Of a DNA stretch of 64,000 nt, positions 14,450-27,982 are shown in pieces (position 1 is the first letter of the stretch; every line of letters starts with the position of its first letter). The position numbers and the translations under genes were made by a program. The DNA is from Chara braunii (lineage: Eukaryota > Plantae > Charophyceae): assembly GCA_003427395.1 (NCBI GenBank), contig BFEA01000004.1, forward strand, positions 607,736 to 671,735, read 5' to 3'. The notes beneath the pieces were generated by a model. It was not told the origin of the DNA. It saw nothing but the letters and a program-made list of their open reading frames with translations, and made no database searches.

Positions 14450-15000
14450 TTGAACCGAGGGTTTACATCATACTTGAGATTTATAAGTTATAGTTTGCTT
14501 CTACCCCTCACCAGTGGATGCTCTTTTATAAGCGTACCCATGATGCTTCTAATAGCTGCCCTGATGTACATTATTGAATCAAGAGGTACCTGCAGTAATA
14601 TTACCCAAAATGTGTTATCCAACCCTATTTGTTGAAACTCACACAATAACATCCATGTCATCAACAGGTAGAAACTCATTACATACGTAGCTCCAAACAG
14701 TAGAGCTTCGTCTTCCCTGAAGTTGATCATCCACAACGACAATGTGTTGTCCCTTGCTACGTACGCCAATACATTCGGACCCTCAAAACGAATCATGCCC
14801 TGTTAAACCATTGAAAATGTCATCTCTTGCCTAACCATTTCCGTATGTTGCATCATAGTCTGGATGAGGTCTGCCTCCACTTTTTGTAGTAACTGTTTCA
14901 CAACGCCTCTCAAGACTACCACAACTGTCTGCTCTCTAAGCCATTGACCTTTACACTGTCAAACTCTGCATTCACCACGAAAACCACTTATCTGTCAACT
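14450..15000 (-). pseudogene. Relic of a second, diverged LINE ORF1
   Basis: IRFEGPNVLAYVARD...NTFWVILLQVPLDSIMYIRAAI aligns with VKIEGPSAVSYIAKS...NIFWVTAVQVPLDDMSYIHAQI of the 18713-19834 ORF1. Confidence 0.7.
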
Positions 15001-15453
15001 ATCTCCCACTTTTGCAAGGAATGTCTTCTGGAATATTAGTTTCCTCATAACATTGAGCAATCCGTTCCCTCGACATTTCTTCCAAGAATTCGATTGAATC
15101 CAGCGGCTGGAGGAGGGGATGTAGCCTCCGCTGGACCTTGTTCCTTCATTATCAATCCGACTGAGGTTGCTTCGCCATGGATACCAAGTCAGTAAATCAA
15201 TGCGTGCAAAATTTTGCCAATTTTCTTCAGTATGCTTCAGAAGGCACCACCTTCGCTGCTTGACATTCCCCCGAGCCAAGGAGGAAAAGTTCCACCCTTA
15301 CCGAGCTGAAGGCCGTCAAAACCTAAAGTTATTGTCTCTCCCGTGGAGGTTCCCAACAAGATACGTTGCTTTGAAACCGAGATGAAGGATGCAAATAGGT
15401 ATAGCCAAAGCCTACTCTAGAAACCCTCAACCTCCTCACTTGCTTCCCACATC

Positions 15454-15956
15454 TACAACAGGAAAATTTTCCAGAATTAAATAATCATTATAGAGTAAAA
15501 TTACATTCTAAATTTCAAATTTTTATTCCATTTTAAAAAATGTCTTACTTGAAAACTTTCCTTCCAAGAATGGGGTATCACTTCTTATTTGAACTGCATG
15601 CTAGAGATGGAATGAAAGTCTGGATGAGTTCATGAAATATTTTAATTGAACTGTCATTCTGAGTATAGATTTCCAGTCATAAATAGGTTAATATAATCTA
15701 AATTAGACGATATTTGTTGTAGTAGAATGAAAGTCTAATTAAAACATTTCATAAAATCGTCCAGACTTTCATTCTATCTTGAACAAATAGATGTAGTTGG
15801 AAGAGAAAGTTCATATTTAGACGGGAACTTATCAAATTAAATTGAAAATTTTAGAATTTGACTAAAATTGGAATGATAATTTATAAATATGAAGGATTTT
15901 TTTTTTATGGAATGTTTTTTCAAATTTCATTTCTCATGGGAATTTTTTTGTTGTAC
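15454..15956. mobile_element. AT-rich foldback element
   Basis: Nested inverted matches: TACAACAGGAAAATTTTCC with GGGAATTTTTTTGTTGTA; GAATGAAAGTCTGGATGA with TCGTCCAGACTTTCATTC. Confidence 0.55.
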
Positions 15957-16145
15957 TATACGATGATCAACTATGTATTCGTTGTTACTGCCAGCGCCAA
16001 ACAGTAAGCTTGGTGGTGAGCGCTAGCGCAACACCATTGGTCAGGTGTCCACAATCTCCATAAGCAAGTACTTCCACTGCCGGAATATCGGCCTTGCCCA
16101 GGGAGTCTTTCCAGGAAAAAAAAAAAAAAAACAAAAGCATGGGAG

Positions 16146-17378
16146 TCATGCCATAAAGCTATGGACTGATTGCAACTTGGGAGACGAACTAGGGCACTTG
16201 GTTCCCCGCAAGCTCGAGGCTGACTTCTGCCAATTGATGGCAGCCTCAGAAAGTTGTTCGTATTGTCTGAGGCAGTGCCAGAGTGCTCCCAGCGACTCCT
16301 TCGTGTTCTGTGACACCGCAAAGAGGTCATCTGCACAAGCCGTCACCTTACAAGTTGCAGGTTCCGTCTGGATATTGTGGATTTCGGCGTGCACCCTGAT
16401 ATTGTTCAGTGGGACTTCAAGCTGAACCACAAACAACAAAGGTGCCAATGGGCATCCTTGTCTTAGTGAGCGCGACAATGTGAATGGCTCTGACAGGTGT
16501 CCATTTACCATCACTGAGGCCGTAGAGTATGAATACAGTGCTATTACCCAGGTGCAGAAGACATCTCCAAACCCCATCCAGCGCAGTGTAGTTACCACGT
16601 ACGACCAGTTAAGTGCTTGTAGTACTTCAACCTCTGTTACTGGCCTGTCCAAATCCAGCTTCACGTGCATTGGCAGTTTGCATCTTGTATTTTCCCAATG
16701 GTCTGAGTTCCAAGTCAGATTCGTGTCCGCTCCCTCTTCCGGTCTTTGAGAGGTAAGAATATCTTTGAAATACTTTCCCGCATATGCACACATAAGCTTT
16801 GGTTCTACCGACATGGGTTCCTCCTGGTCAAAGGGGTGTCCGAATTCCTTCATTGCATGTGCAGTTCTCGATGGTACCAGTTTCTGAAAGGTCTCTCTCG
16901 TCATTCGGTCATACACCTCGATCCCTCTAACTTTGAGGCGTTCTGCCCACTGATCCGCCTTGTCCTGCTGGAGCCGGTCCCATTCTGCTAATCTTCTCGC
17001 CCTTTCCTTACCCCACGTTTGCTCGGAGATGGGGTGCCCCTTCATTCGTCTCTCAGCATCCTCTACCCGGCTCCAGCATTTCCGTTCCTCTTTATTTCTT
17101 TGCAGCACAATGATCCGTGAGCAGACGTTCAGTAGGTTAGACAAGATGCGAGAGCCCCCCTCCCACCAATCAGCGGTAGAGGGGAAGTTCCTTTTTTGTT
17201 CCGTCCATCTCTCCCAGAACTGTTGAATCCAGATGTTTAGCTTCTCGTTATTCAGGTTCTGAACATTGGGACGGAAGAAACCTCGGCCCCTCTGCAACTC
17301 GGGTTCCATCTGAAAGGAGGCAATTACTGGTTTATGATCTGCAACTGGATTATTTGTGTGCTTAATTTCCACAATCAC
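16146..17378 (-). pseudogene. LINE ORF2 fragment: endonuclease end plus internally deleted, truncated reverse transcriptase
   Basis: DHKPVIASF, RQGCPLAPLLF, ADDL; jump from 'EVLQAL' to 'NWSYV' indicates loss of the early RT domains. Confidence 0.85.
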
Positions 17379-18712
17379 TTCCTGAGCCAGTCCTGTTGTT
17401 CGAAAGTAATCGAGGCGCCTGCCCGTCCCTTTTGCAGAGAACCACGTGTACCTCTGTGCCGTCGGATGCAGGTCATGAGCCTAGCAACAAAATCTTCTTA
17501 TCGTCCAGCTTGGTTTCTTGAAAGCATTCAATGAAGATCCTGTTTTCATGCAGCGATGATTTTACCCTGCACCTTTTTCAACGACCCCCGGTGTCTCCAA
17601 AGCCTTGCAGGTTCCACGTTGCTATTCTCACCCTAACCATTTCGATTGGATTTGGGATGAGGATGCACCTTCCTGCAACCAATTCTGCAACAACATGTGC
17701 TTGAGGTATTGTGAGTCCAATTTCTTATCCTTTGGAATACGACTTTTCAACTCTGCTAAGCAATCCGCTGGCAACATTAATGGTGAGATGCACAATCTGG
17801 AGAGGTCCTGTTTCTTAGCTTCCGTAAAGACCGATAGTGGGACCAAACGCAGACCCCGACTCTCCATCTCCATTAGCTTTGTCTCTGATAGCCGTGCGTC
17901 CATAATCGGGACAAAGAGTTTGATCTTGTTATCACTTGGGCCAATGAGGATTCTCACCATTTGGATATCTGGGATCGCCCTTACCGGGAAGTGACCCGGG
18001 TACAAGTTTTGTACCACCTCCTCAATTAGTGTAGGTGTCGACATCTCCGAGACCTGCTGACCAAAGATCAGTTGGGGACCTGCATTTCGTTGCCACGTCA
18101 CTACCCATGAATTGTTCCTTGTCATTGTACATAGTAAAGGAATCAGGTATTGCGGCATATTCGCGTTGGCTCCTTTTGCCGAAGTTGCCAAGCGCCTGTC
18201 CCTTGTGGTTTTATTGTCGGGCGTGACAATTCCAATTTCATGGCTGGTGGAATGTTCTGAGCCGCTTCTTGAGAGCCTAGATTGTTCTGGCCGGAGAAGC
18301 TCAATCTCCTTTGTTTTCCGGCTGACAGGCCTTTGGATCGGCTCAGAGTACACTTTGATTCCGACTCCATCCTCTCTCTCTGCTGAACTAGGCTCCCTGC
18401 TAGAATCGTGGTTCCTTGTGGCCTCGTCGATGTCGAGACGGGCGTGCTGACCGGGCGCGTCCCTCCTATATCTCCCTCCGTTTGTCTGCTTGGCCCTCCG
18501 GTTGCTTGTCCTCTTCCGTTTTGAGCGCTTCCATCCTGGTTGTGATTTATATTTACTCCTCTCCCTTGTTCCTGATTTGGCCTTTATTCCCCCTGCTTCC
18601 TGAAAGGGGAACGGGCCTAAGCCCGACCCTTGAGGGTAATTTCACGGTCCGCGTAGTCCTTGTCCCTGCTGTGGGAGGGCTCCCGTTAGGTCGACAAATC
18701 CTCTATTTGCCA

Positions 18713-19834
18713 TCACCATGGCCGCGGCCAGGCCGCCCAAGCGTAGTATTGCCTTAGCGCCTCTGTTTCTTGCACTGCTGCGGTCGGCTGCTCCGTCACG
18801 TTGTGTCCCGAACCTGTTCCGGAGAAGAGGCCCGGTGGGCCTTGGCCCACCATCCCTCCTATTAAGGATTGCCCCCCGGAATACTGTGGAGAGAAAATCA
18901 GATTATTTCTTGTGGATGATGCGTGGTTGGTCGCAGGTTGTTCCTGTCGCTGTGATGGTCTTGGTCCCAATGTACCTTGGTATCTCGATCTTGTTTCCCT
19001 TTGTCTGGATTGCTCTCTCGATTGGTGCTGCATCGGTGCTCCCTGCTCTCCTCCTGCTTGATCTTGGCGTGCGTTTCTTCTCTCTCTCCTACACTCCTCT
19101 TCCGAATGAAAGAACTGCCTGCACTTTCTACACTTAAGTGTACCTGCGGTTGCAAGGCAGATTTCCAATTTATCGCCCTTGGGAGTTTCGATCCAAATTT
19201 TGTCCTTCATATTTGGACGTGCTGCTGGATCCAACTCGAATTTCACTTTGACCAACGCCGGGCGCACTGGGTCTGCATCTGCTGGGTATGCTCGAATGAT
19301 AGGGTCAATTGCCCTTTCAATCTGAGCATGGATATATGACATATCGTCCAAGGGAACTTGAACTGCCGTAACCCAGAAAATGTTCTCGTCTTCCTGTCTC
19401 CTCATCGCTCCGAACTCTGCTCGCGTCATCCAGGGTTTAAATAAAACCTTGTATTCTTCGTTAATCAGGCTACCTTCACTAATCATATATCGGGCCGGAT
19501 CCGACGATTTCGCTATGTACGAGACTGCACTTGGTCCTTCTATTTTTACTCTCCCTCTACGCGTATTTTCTGTAAACTGCTCATTCCCTAACACCCAACC
19601 ATCCTCAAAAGCCCTAACCAGATCGTCTTTGACATTTTTTGGCAGAAAACGGGTGGCATCTTTAAACACTACCGTCACTGTGCGTTCTTTCAACCATTTA
19701 ACTTTGATGTCATCAAGTGTCGTGTTGAGTTTGAAGTGTGCCTCCCTTCCGTCGATTGTCATTTCGCCTGGGTTGATGCCCGTGGGGTAAACCCCATCGT
19801 CAAAACGCCAGCAGTTCTCTGGAGCGATCTTCAT
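18713..19834 (-). pseudogene. LINE ORF1 (gag-like, zinc knuckle), interrupted
   Basis: CX2CX4HX4C knuckle; lies upstream of EN-RT; frame appears to continue upstream through stops towards ~20290. Confidence 0.7.
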
Positions 19835-21882
19835 CCTCCCAATAATTCCCTTCCTCGTGAGGGCCGGTAGGTGGGGACCTTCCAGTTCCCTCCTGCCTCC
19901 CTGTTCCTTCCATCACTTCTGCCCCCTTGCCTCAGGGTTTACGCGCTGGCTACGACTTTTGCGTCCACGTCTCTCCATACAGCTCCTTTGCTTCCCTACT
20001 CTACCTCCTCAGAACGCCTCCAACGAACTCTTCTTCTTTCTGGGGGACCGGGGGTAACTCCCCACCTTTCCTTGCAAACCTATGGCTTAAGCCAGTCAGC
20101 CATATCCGCCTCGTGACAGGGCGATGGTGCAAAGAACCAGGGGACTATCAACGCCGGTAGGTCCCTGGTAGGTGGCACGGATTCTGCCGAAGCCGAAGTC
20201 CGGTCGTGCAGCGGCGGAGCGCATTGGCGCCGACCGGTGGCGCCGACCGGTGCTAGGCCCTGGCCCCCCGTGGCGTCCTCGTTGCTCTTTTGGAAATATA
20301 ACTTCTTTATTAAAAAATAAATAAAAATAAAAATAATGCTATGGACTTCAGCAAAACAGCATGAAAAAGAATGCATGTTTGTAGCATGGTTGACATCATC
20401 AGCATTCCATAAATGCAAACCTTAGAACTACATCCTGGGAAAGGTCTGAGCAACGAGGTAGCCTGCTTCTGCGTTCCTATAGAAAATGGGCCAAGGTTCA
20501 ACTCAGTGAGTAATAAGGTTTACACCATCCTGGCAACAGGGCTGTCAGAAAGTACCTGCCCGACCTCGTACTCCAGGTGCATATCATGCATCTGGCTGTC
20601 TACATGAGGAGAGACATGCCTCTGGATTATCGAGCCTACCCATTCTGGTTCAGTACTGACCTCGTTCTAGTTGAAGAGGCGATTCCGCCCCGGCACCCCC
20701 GTGGAAATGTGAAGGGTGTCAAGGTCAGACCCCCCCCGAAGGTGAGAAGGGAGAGGATTTCTATTCTATGATGTCGATCGAAAGACACGCAGCCGGCACA
20801 AAATACACAAAATACTGCCGTACACAAAATACTGCCGACTGCCGACTAACTACGGTAGCTGCGACCCTCGAAGTTGGCAGCGATCGGGGCGTCGAGAAAG
20901 GTTTCACGAGTTTTCTCAACTCAACCTGTCCTTCGGAGTTTAGTTCGAAATTTTCGGGGCCCCGCCACTGCCATGGGAACCCCCCGCCGGAGAGACTGCA
21001 GCACAGCAAATTCAAGTGGAGTGTATTATGCTTGTCGGGAGCTCAGTCGAGCCGGCGCCGCATGTGTATGCGTCAGAGCTTGCTACCGCCAGCAGCGAAG
21101 CGCCAGCAGCGCGTCGTACTCGAAGCGGAATAGAGATCGAGATCGGGCTGCAGCAGGCAGTCACGGCAGACACTGTGGAATGGGGCAGTCGCAAAAGGCG
21201 GGGATTCAGAAGGCGGGGGCGAGGGTGTGTGTGCGGGAGGAACAGATTTGGAGGGGAAAGAACAGCAGCAGGCTGGTGAGTCATACTACAGGCGGAAACG
21301 GGGAACTGGGCGGGGTTGGCGCCAGTAGTCAATGTTTGTTACGGTACGGTGTAGTGGGGGAGAGGGGTTAGTAGTCAATGACTCAATGTTAGTGGTCGGA
21401 GCCGGGCTGGTGCGCGCTACCAGCCAAGTCGATCCCGCCTAGGAAGGTCGTGAGCTGGCTGAGACAGCGCTCTAAAATCCAGCCGGTTCCAGCCCGCAAG
21501 TAAAGGCAGGTTTCCAGGTCTTTTGACGGCTGCAAAGGGTTGATTGCCAGTCTGACGTAGGGGTAGCTCACAACGCAGTCGATCATCGAGACAGAACTAA
21601 CTAGCGATGGAGGTTTAGTTGTTGCCATGGAAGGCAGAGAACAAGAGTAGGTGAGCTAACCGAAGTGGTGACAACGGGCGGATTGGCTTGCACTGAGCCG
21701 CGCAAGCTAATTCAGTCGTTCGTGTGGCTATGTGATTCTAACGACTGGATCGCTTGCTCCCTGTAACCGAGCGGCTGGCGTGCTGAGCTGTGCTGCATGT
21801 CGAGGGAGAACGTCCTCGATTGACGAGACGGGGCACGAGCAAGAGGCGGGTTTGGAGCTGCACGCGATCATCTCCAGCATCG

Positions 21883-21953
<71 letters not shown>

Positions 21954-21958
21954 NNNNN

Positions 21959-22010
<52 letters not shown>

Positions 22011-23336
22011 GTCAAATCAGTTCAGACTTATAATTTGTCGGGAAGAGGTTGATTAGATTTGCACGAGGGGGGGGGAAGGCGGGAAAGGAGAGAGGTGTGC
22101 AAGGTGGCCGGAGATAATTTGGTGCGTGTACTGGTCGGGCGGGGTTCAAGTCGAAAGAAGTGTGCGTCCGAGCTGCATCAGGCCTATCGGAGGCATATCC
22201 CTTTTATCGGTGATTCGGTGGATTGCGGTTCATCTCACCAAGTACGTTCAAAGAAATTTCCGCATAGCTTGACAGAGGTAGCTTCGCTGTGTTAAACAGG
22301 ACAAAGCGATACATCCCCCACAGTGCCCACACTACCCCTTCTCGGTAACCAGGACTTAGTCGTCGAAGGAAAGGCACGTGCTCGGCAACCACGGCAATAA
22401 CCGAGAATGGTCCGGTAATGACCATTTTAGTATGATCGGTGAAGGGTTGGAACGGGATCAGGAGGAAGGGAGCGAGCAACTGCGACGACGACGGGAGCTA
22501 CGTCGACGACGAAGAAGGAAGTTCTAACATCTGAATATCCCAGCCTCCCAGGCACAGGAGCGAGGTCTGAAGGCTCATGGTTTCTCAACTGTCAAGTTAA
22601 CCATTGATTTAGTCTGTCGATTATTCTGTCGCTCAGTGGCTCTCTGCTCTTGGGCTGCGTTTTCGTGGATGGGCGGAAGATTACCACGAGCGCGCTTTGG
22701 CGCGCCAAGGCATGAAGCGTTAGCTGGTCCAAATTTGAGTTTTTCGTCGAGTTCGGACTTTCTGCCCCTTAATAAATCAAGCCAGTCAGTCCTTGGCAGC
22801 AAATTTGAGTCTTTCGTCGAGTTCGAAATTTGCGTTTGGACTGGCAGTGCCAGCCTTGCCCGGCTTTTTATTTACTTACTTATTAGTGGCGCTCTCGGCT
22901 GTTCATCGATTTCAGTCCGTGGTGTATCGGAGATTTTGTTTTTTTTGGCAATGAGCAGGATGACTATCATCAGTGTCGTGCAGCTGTTGTGAGTGTCAAT
23001 GCACGAGCTTGCGGCCGTCGTGTACGTTTTTCATTCCCCCTCGCGCCATCGCCAGATCGGATCCGCGGGAAATCCGAAGTCCTTTCGCTGAGAGATCGGA
23101 AGATTGATGGATCGTTTGATTGAGCGGGAGTGACTATTTATTCTTCCGATTGATCGATCGATCAATCAACCAGCCAGTCACGGAATCAGTCGGTCAATCA
23201 ACCAATCAATTAATGAGTCAGTCATAGGTTTGTCGGTAGATCGGTGGGTGGACCGATTCATCTGTCTGTCTGTTTATACTGCTGGAAGGAAGAGAGGAGG
23301 AGCGTGTGGAGTGAGGACGACCGTGAGGAGGAAGAG

Positions 23337-23374
23337 CTGTCTCTTATACACATCTAGATGTGTATAAGAGACAG
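23337..23374. other. Nextera mate-pair junction adapter (assembly artefact)
   Basis: CTGTCTCTTATACACATCTAGATGTGTATAAGAGACAG is two head-to-head Tn5 mosaic ends. Confidence 0.97.
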
Positions 23375-23432
23375 GAGAGAGAGAGAGAGAACAAGCTTAT
23401 GTTCTCGGCACTCGTCCTACCAGCCAATCAAT

Positions 23433-23470
<38 letters not shown>

Positions 23471-23486
23471 CTATCTGTGAGGTGCG

Positions 23487-23808
23487 ATGGTGAGTATTCG
23501 GAAGAAGAAGTCGATAGCGGATCTTCGGACGAAATCGGTGAAACAGGAACCACAATCGTCGTCTCAGCCAGCGAGTTCCGTCGTCGAGCCGGCGGTCGCG
23601 ACACCAGGAGAGGGACAGGTGGTAAGCTCTTCTCCTTCGGAATATGTCCAAGGGAGTCCACGGCTGTTTGCTGAGCAAGAGATAATTGCGAAGAGGAGCG
23701 AGCTCAGCCTCACACCTCCTACAGGTGACAGAGCGAGTAATGCCGTTCATCCCGATACCGAAAATTCGGCGCAGAGCTTGAAGAAGAGGAAACGGATCTC
23801 GTCAATTG
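23487..23808 (+). CDS. Exon 1 of a Soloist/APD1-like AP2-domain transcription factor
   Basis: ATG-initiated MVSIRKKK... resembles the MVSLRRRR start of land-plant Soloist proteins; ends in basic KKRKR; donor TTG|GTAGGT is phase 1, matching the exon at 52939. Confidence 0.7.
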
Positions 23809-25290
23809 GTAGGTATCTTTCTCGCTGCTGATCCATTACGTACACTCTCCCCGCTCTCTCCTCCCTTTTCCTCTCCTCTCCTCTCCTCTCCTCTCCTCTG
23901 TGTTCCAGAATCTCGTCTCCTCTCCTCTTTGCTCCAGAATCTCCCTTCCTTGGGCTTGACGGTTGTCTCGGCGATTTCCCCGATGTTCTGAGTATTGGCC
24001 GCCGCCAATCCCTCCTTCACCCAAATGACGGCTGGATTCCGATCCCGAATCTCACACGCGTTCATTGGCAACAATTGGCATGAAGAAGAAATCATACTCC
24101 TCCTGAAACCAACAAATTTCTCTCTCTTTCTTCTCGCATTGTGGCTCTCTCGCTCGCTCGCTCTCTCGCTCGCTCGACTGCCGAGCTATCTCCTGACGTT
24201 GTCAATCACATCGATGAGCTCTGTGTCTTTTCTCGCTCTCTGCTCTCTTCCTCTGCCGCTTGTTCGCTCGTTCGCTCTCTCTCTGTGTTCTCTGTCTGTT
24301 CTATCAGTCACCCATTAATTAGAACCAAGCCCATTAATTAGTAGTAATCACTCACCGTTCGAAAGGGCGACGCGTGTAATCACTCACCGTTCGATCTGTT
24401 CCTTCCGCTAAGGCTTTTATTTGTTGCTCTGATTGGACGTCCATGTCGGATCGGGGGTTCGTTCGTCGTTCGTTTGGTTCCATCTGGATTCGAACTCTGA
24501 TCTGCAATTCAACAGTTGGTGGGTGTACCAACTGAGCTCAGCTCGTTGGTCTTTCGTCGTTCCTACACAGCAAAAAAAATCACCCCCTTTTTTAAACCCC
24601 TTTTTCCCTCAGTCTGCGGACCCCGTCGTCGGATTAGAAAGCAGGTGGGATAAATGATAGCAACTGGGAGGGAGGCCGTTCTGTCGCGTTGCTGACGACG
24701 ACCTTTACGGCGGCAGAGCTGCCGCTCTGCCCCGTTAACTACGGTTCGGTTGTTTTCAATAATATGTGTATACGTAGAAATGCATTTCGGGATGCAAATT
24801 GCATTTTGTCAATGAATATATCGCGCTGTATTAATAGTTATGCGACTCTGTTTCCACGAAGACGAAACAGTGAAACAGTAAGCGCATGGGTAGCATCTTT
24901 TCGTATGTGCTCTCGCATCGTTTTAGACCTTCATGGGCGGGACGGGACGAAAACACCAATCTTTCAGGGATCGGCTAAGTTCTAACGAGAGGGCTCTCGG
25001 AAGCACCTATTATTATAAGCACAAGGAGAAAACCAATCATAATAATAATTGAGGATGAAGAGCAGCAACTGCGAGGCTGGTGAGAGTTGGGCAGTCTCTG
25101 ATATATTTACGATTGTCTCGTCTCTAAATTTCATGCAATTCTGTCCCAGGAAGGGAAAGCACCACGGGGCACTCTGAACGGGGTTATGCATCTTGATGAG
25201 TCTGTCAGAATACTCGAAACAGTTTGCCATTACGTCCCTTTTTTTCTTTCCCACGTCGCTATATATAGCAGGCGAGAATCTGACTAACTA

Positions 25291-25367
<77 letters not shown>

Positions 25368-25460
25368 CAAAGAGAACTGCCCACTGAGACGTCGGTAGAA
25401 AGAGGAGAAAAGGATATTGCAAGAGTAGGGGTCTGTGACAGACCGGTGCATCGGACTTTC

Positions 25461-25530
<70 letters not shown>

Positions 25531-25650
25531 NNNNNNNNNNNNNNNNNNNNNNNNNNNNNNNNNNNNNNNNNNNNNNNNNNNNNNNNNNNNNNNNNNNNNN
25601 NNNNNNNNNNNNNNNNNNNNNNNNNNNNNNNNNNNNNNNNNNNNNNNNNN

Positions 25651-25725
<75 letters not shown>

Positions 25726-27199
25726 GGCAGTGAGGTTCCGACTGCACAGTGTGTTTGTTGTCTAGGATTGCTCTGAGACGAGACTGGACTAAGGTAGCGG
25801 CAGTCATAAGTTGGCATTGTAGAATTGCAAGATGGAGGCTGCCAGTTGCATCTGCGTACCACCGTTTTTTTTTTTTTTTTTTATCTTCGTACAAAAACAT
25901 GTGTACATTGCTGTATATATCATTCAAACGATCGAATATGTGGCACATATTCGCGTACGATCAGTGTAAAAACAGCCAGTCAGTGACTAACTGCCTCCAG
26001 TAGTTTATCATGGTGGTGGTGTTCTACGTGTCGCAAGCGGGGTTGCCACTGTACTAGCTTGTTCCCCTGAACACAACACCCGGTCGTTATAGCTGTATTT
26101 AGTTCAACTGGTAGGTCAAATACAGATACAATGACCAGGAGATGTGTTCCGCGGGAAGAATGGTAGCAGGTGTCACCACCTACCTATTTATATTTTTGTA
26201 TTGTATACATCTAGAAATGCGAACATATTAATCAACTTTGTTCTGCGCACGAGCTCATGCTGGAGAGCTGTGCGGGCACTGTATGGATCCGTGACTATGG
26301 TTATGAAGCCATATGTGTGACCATCTAACGAAAGTGCGCTTGCCCATTTTCCGGCGTTTCATTATGTCTTGCATTTCGGTCGAGCTGACTGCCACGTTTC
26401 GCTATTTTCCCGAAAATGCACGCCCAGCCGATCGCAATGAAGCGACTCTAAATATAGTCACAGTATAACCATCCGCCACGTGGCCGGCCTTGTACGTAAG
26501 AGGTGATGAACAGGCGGAGCTTTTCAACCTGACTTCTTTCCTTTTTCTGTTTTGTTTATTTTCGGCTTTGGGCTCCGATACACTGTTGAGACGATATATA
26601 TATATATATATACTCCGACGAAACAGTTTGTCACAGCCCCTCGTAGTTGTCCTCTACTCTCTCTCTGCCTACGGTTTACCGGGCAGTTCTGTTTGTGACG
26701 ATATATATATAGTTTTCCATCTGGTGTGGGTGAGTGATAGTCTACTTTGATTTTGGTTAAGGTAGATTATCATTTACAGTGTAATCAGTGAGGGGNNNNN
26801 NNNNNNNNNNNNNNNNNNNNNNNNNNNNNNNNNNNNNNNNNNNNNNNNNNNNNNNNNNNNNNNNNNNNNNNNNNNNNNNNNNNNNNNNNNNNNNNNNNNN
26901 NNNNNNNNNNNNNNNNNNNNNNNNNNNNNNNNNNNNNNNNNNNNNNNNNNNNNNNNNNNNNNNNNNNNNNNNNNNNNNNNNNNNNNNNNNNNNNNNNNNN
27001 NNNNNNNNNNNNNNNNNNNNNNNNNNNNNNNNNNNNNNNNNNNNNNNNNNNNNNNNNNNNNNNNNNNNNNNNNNNNNNNNNNNNNNNNNNNNNNNNNNNN
27101 NNNNNNNNNNATATATTGCGCTCTGATATCTTTGTGACGATATATATATATATATGAGTCGGTGAAACACCGACGAAACAGTTTGTCACAGCCCCTCGT

Positions 27200-27982
27200 T
27201 TGTTGTCCTCTTCTCTCTCTCTGCCTACGGTTTACCGGGCAGTTCTGTTTGTGACGATATATATATATTTGTTTGTTGTCCTCTTCGCTCTCTCTGTCTA
27301 CGGTTTACCGGGCAGCTCTGTTTGGCGATATTCTTCTTCTTCTTCGTCCTCTTGTTCTTCTTCCCCACGCCGGCTGCGACCGGCCCCTCCTTTGTCTTCG
27401 TTGTCCATATTGGGTCGTCGGCAGGCTCGTTCATTCTCTCCTCCTCCCAGTCCCCCTTCCTCTCGACGTCGTGTTGATGCTAGTCTGCGGGGTTCTTTGT
27501 CTTACCGACAACCTGCTCTGCCACGTCGGCGGCGTTCGTCTTTTACGCGCCGACCCCGCCAGATTACATCTGGCTTTCCAGTGGTGACCGATTCGGATCT
27601 GCGGGCAGACCCACCAAATTCTTGTGGTTTGACAGCGACAAATGTCTGCCTACAGGCTTATCAGCGTCAATGTTTTACTGCGTCACAGTTTGTTACGATT
27701 GCTTATCAGCTTGACGCTGTTGAAAATCAGTTGTTGTATGACCATAATGGCCCACCTCCTCAAGGTAGTAACTATACTGCCTCAGGAGGCTTTACTGTAA
27801 ATGTCTTACAGTTAGCGTTTCACGGTCGCCACCTTCTTATGCATCATGCCACGCCAGGCGATGACCTCAATGACCATCCTCATATTTTTGCCTGTATTTA
27901 CACAGACCTTAATGGCCATTTCTGTATATGGCACTCATTCGTGCAGCTGCCCAATGGGAACTATGGGATGGTGGGACGATGA
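27200..27982 (+). CDS. ORF A of the hammerhead element; Ser/Arg-rich N-terminus, unknown function, start uncertain
   Basis: 260-codon open frame with no in-frame ATG near its 5' end; C-terminal ~130 aa has ordinary globular composition; stop overlaps the ORF B start (ATGA). Confidence 0.4.
   Translation: MLSSSLSLPTVYRAVLFVTIYIYLFVVLFALSVYGLPGSSVWRYSSSSSSSCSSSPRRLRPAPPLSSLSILGRRQARSFSPPPSPPSSRRRVDASLRGSLSYRQPALPRRRRSSFTRRPRQITSGFPVVTDSDLRADPPNSCGLTATNVCLQAYQRQCFTASQFVTIAYQLDAVENQLLYDHNGPPPQGSNYTASGGFTVNVLQLAFHGRHLLMHHATPGDDLNDHPHIFACIYTDLNGHFCIWHSFVQLPNGNYGMVGR

Larger units (their letters stand above)
16146..20290 (-). mobile_element. Degenerate LINE (L1/Tx1-like) retrotransposon
   Basis: ORF1 with CCHC knuckle CRKCRQFFHSEEEC; APE endonuclease motifs QETKLD, RRLDYF and ADHKPV (frameshifted); RT motifs SLRQGCPLAPLLF and CADDL. 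Confidence 0.9.

Noticed and set aside
21728-22056. RERERE/SLSLSL ORFs here and elsewhere
   Set aside because: Translations of (GA)n microsatellites
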